Source: Oopsacas minuta (lineage: Eukaryota > Animalia > Porifera). From it: a stretch of 64,000 bases of DNA. The stretch covers positions 1 through 64,000 of the forward strand of contig JAKMXF010000306.1 in the NCBI GenBank assembly GCA_024704765.1, given 5' to 3'. The notes below the pieces were generated by a model. The model ran no database searches. It was not told where the DNA came from and saw only the letters and a list, made by a program, of their open reading frames with translations. The translations under genes were made by a program, and so were the position numbers. Of the stretch, positions 62,981-64,000 are shown one piece after another (the first letter of the stretch is position 1; every line of letters begins with the position of its first letter).

Positions 62981-64000
62981 TGAGTAAAAGAAATTCTAGA
63001 TCGACAAATAGGAACACTATTAAGCCAGTACAAGATTCATATTCAGGGACATTCTAAAGGGGTAGAATGGAGGGCAACACGCAATGCCGTGGCCATGGGG
63101 GCGGAGGACTGAGCCCAAATATTTTGCAATAAACTATATAAACTCCAACACTCTCTGAGGTGGTAATTATTCGAGTCAACTCAGCCAAGTTATTTCTTAT
63201 CCTGAACATATGTTGTAGATAATATACTTACCCAATTGATTGTTGATGCCTTATTTGCTAGGTATATACATCCACTGAGGATAACTTCTGGACATATAAA
63301 CAGTCAAACACTATGGTTCAATCATTGTAAATGATGGACACATAGTGTTTGACTATTTGTACATCCAGAATTGATAGAAGAAACTGAAGCTGATTTTTGC
63401 CCCACAGAGGTATTTTGGGCCTGGCTCGGACAAGTTCGAGTCTTGGACAAAATTTCACGCCCTACGATGAAATTATGACGTCATTGCTACCTTCTTGGAT
63501 TATAAGTTTAGGCAACATACAAGATAGAGGTTGAAAATTAGAATCTTAGGACCCCTCAATATGCCAAATGTCCCTATGTCATCACTTTGAACAATTGCGA
63601 ACTCATCATGAATTATTCGCCATCAAGATTGTACTTAAAATTAAATTATTCAAGATACGATATTTAACGTAAGTTTGGAAGTATTCGAGGCACATACAAC
63701 TTAGTGGCGAACTCATACCGAAAACTAGCATAGCTGCCAATGTGGGACGCTCAGAAGGCCATAATAGTTCTTTATGCAATGCGCAATTTGAAATACGTTT
63801 GAATGTTCTAAATTTTCGAAATTAATTTACTTACTTGATTAAACTGATAATACATAGGTCCTGAAATCTCCCCGAATGCTTTCTTAATTTGATTTCACTC
63901 CTGTAGCAGTTTCCGTCACTGTTTACAGAACTTATGTGACTGAATCAATCCAATGATATTTTACAGGGTTCAAATTAAATTTTGTTACATAATCAACACA

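Noticed and set aside
1-64000. tRNA, rRNA, LINE or LTR retroelement genes
   Set aside because: No cloverleaf, rRNA-like or reverse-transcriptase motifs recognised. A covariance-model or HMM search would be needed to exclude them formally.

Overview
AT-rich eukaryotic (probably invertebrate animal) genomic window. It holds three intact host genes with uninterrupted CDSs: STK11/LKB1, an N-acylated SPRY-domain protein and a Rab11-like GTPase. They sit among dense, nested, mostly decayed DNA transposons: Tc1-like DD37E, mariner DD34D, maT DD37D, pogo DD35D, two hAT types, Chapaev3, RAG1-like/Transib relics, a 2-bp-TSD element in two copies, Helitron-like elements and MITEs. The standout is a ~5.3 kb unit at 40.2-45.5 kb with two convergent, intron-containing genes. 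One is a KDZ (Kyakuja-Dileera-Zisupton/HMGXB3-type) transposase. The other fuses an NRF1/Ewg-type DNA-binding domain to a Ulp1-like cysteine protease. The unit is bounded by 22-bp inverted repeats whose core is the NRF1 recognition palindrome GCGCATGCGC, so the element appears to encode a protein matched to its own ends. Also notable: a near-full-length RAG1-like relic with a Cx2Cx3GHx4C-like tail, a pogo transposase with a C2H2 finger and a Tudor-like tail, and a SOCS-box-like segment placed before a SPRY domain. All protein assignments are by-eye motif comparisons and no database search was run. The taxon (intron-poor, possibly sponge-like) is only a guess.
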